Origin: Chiloscyllium plagiosum
Taxonomy: Eukaryota
Direction of reading: 5' to 3'
Assembly: GCF_004010195.1 (NCBI RefSeq)
Contig: NC_057751.1
Coordinates: 637,248 to 697,548 of the forward strand
DNA length: 60,301 bases
Part shown: in pieces, positions 59,835-60,301 of the stretch
How positions within the stretch are numbered: the stretch's first letter is position 1
Layout of the letters: each line of letters opens with the position of its first letter
Made by a program: the position numbers and the translations under genes
The notes under the pieces: model-generated
Seen by the model: the letters and a program-made list of their open reading frames with translations, nothing else
Database searches by the model: none
What the model was told of the DNA's origin: nothing

Positions 59835-60301
59835 TCCAAATAGTTCCAGTGATGTAGTGGAAAGGATAGCAGAGCTGATTCTCGATTGGAGTGAGAGAGA
59901 CAGGGTAGTTGTCATGGGGGACTTCAACTTTCCAAATATTGACTGGGGACACTATAGTACGAGTACTATAGATGGGTCAGTTTTTGTCCAGTGTGTGCAG
60001 GAGGGCTTTCTGACACAGTACGTAGACAGCCCAACAAGGGGCGAAGCAACATTAGATTTCGTACTGGGTAATGAGCCCAGTCAGGTGTTAGACTTGGAAG
60101 TAGGTGAGCACTTTGGTGATAGCGATCACAATTCTGTTATGTTTACTTTAGTGATAGAAAGGGATAGGTGTATACCACTGGGCAAGAGTTACAGCTGGGG
60201 GAAAGGCAATTACGATGCGATTAGGCAAGATTTAGGAAGCATAGGATGGGGAAGGAAACTGCAGGGATGGGCACATTAGAAATATGGAGCTTATTCAAGA
60301 A
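59835..60301 (+). mobile_element. CR1 endonuclease region (runs off window)
   Basis: VVVMGDFNFPNIDW, PTRGEATLD, GDSDHN. Confidence 0.92.

Overview
Eukaryotic, repeat-dense genomic DNA, almost certainly from an elasmobranch (shark or ray): it carries many HE1-type SINEs with (TAATC)n tails, CR1 LINEs and Penelope-like element ends. It has three assembly gaps. The one host gene I can support is on the + strand: 17 consecutive GT-AG coding exons (15668-57247, 1832 nt, open frame throughout) of a Slo-family potassium channel alpha subunit, covering S0-S6, the TVGYGD pore and RCK1. The gene continues past the window. Intron positions and phases match KCNMA1 (Slo1/BK), but the protein is too divergent for a KCNMA1 ortholog and shares several diagnostic residues with KCNU1 (Slo3). 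Residues of the Slo1 Mg2+ site, the RCK1 Ca2+ site and the external TEA/toxin site are substituted. Upstream, a 4.45 kb composite block (CR1 - complete 5S rRNA gene with spacer - CR1) is inserted into one SINE and splits it. Other notable items: many young Penelope-derived mini-insertions with target-site duplications and hammerhead-ribozyme core motifs, a ~180 bp intronic fold-back, solo LTRs, and candidate extra in-frame exons. Protein comparisons use Slo1/Slo3 sequences and numbering recalled from memory, not a database search. Most ORFs in the supplied track are TE fragments or noise.
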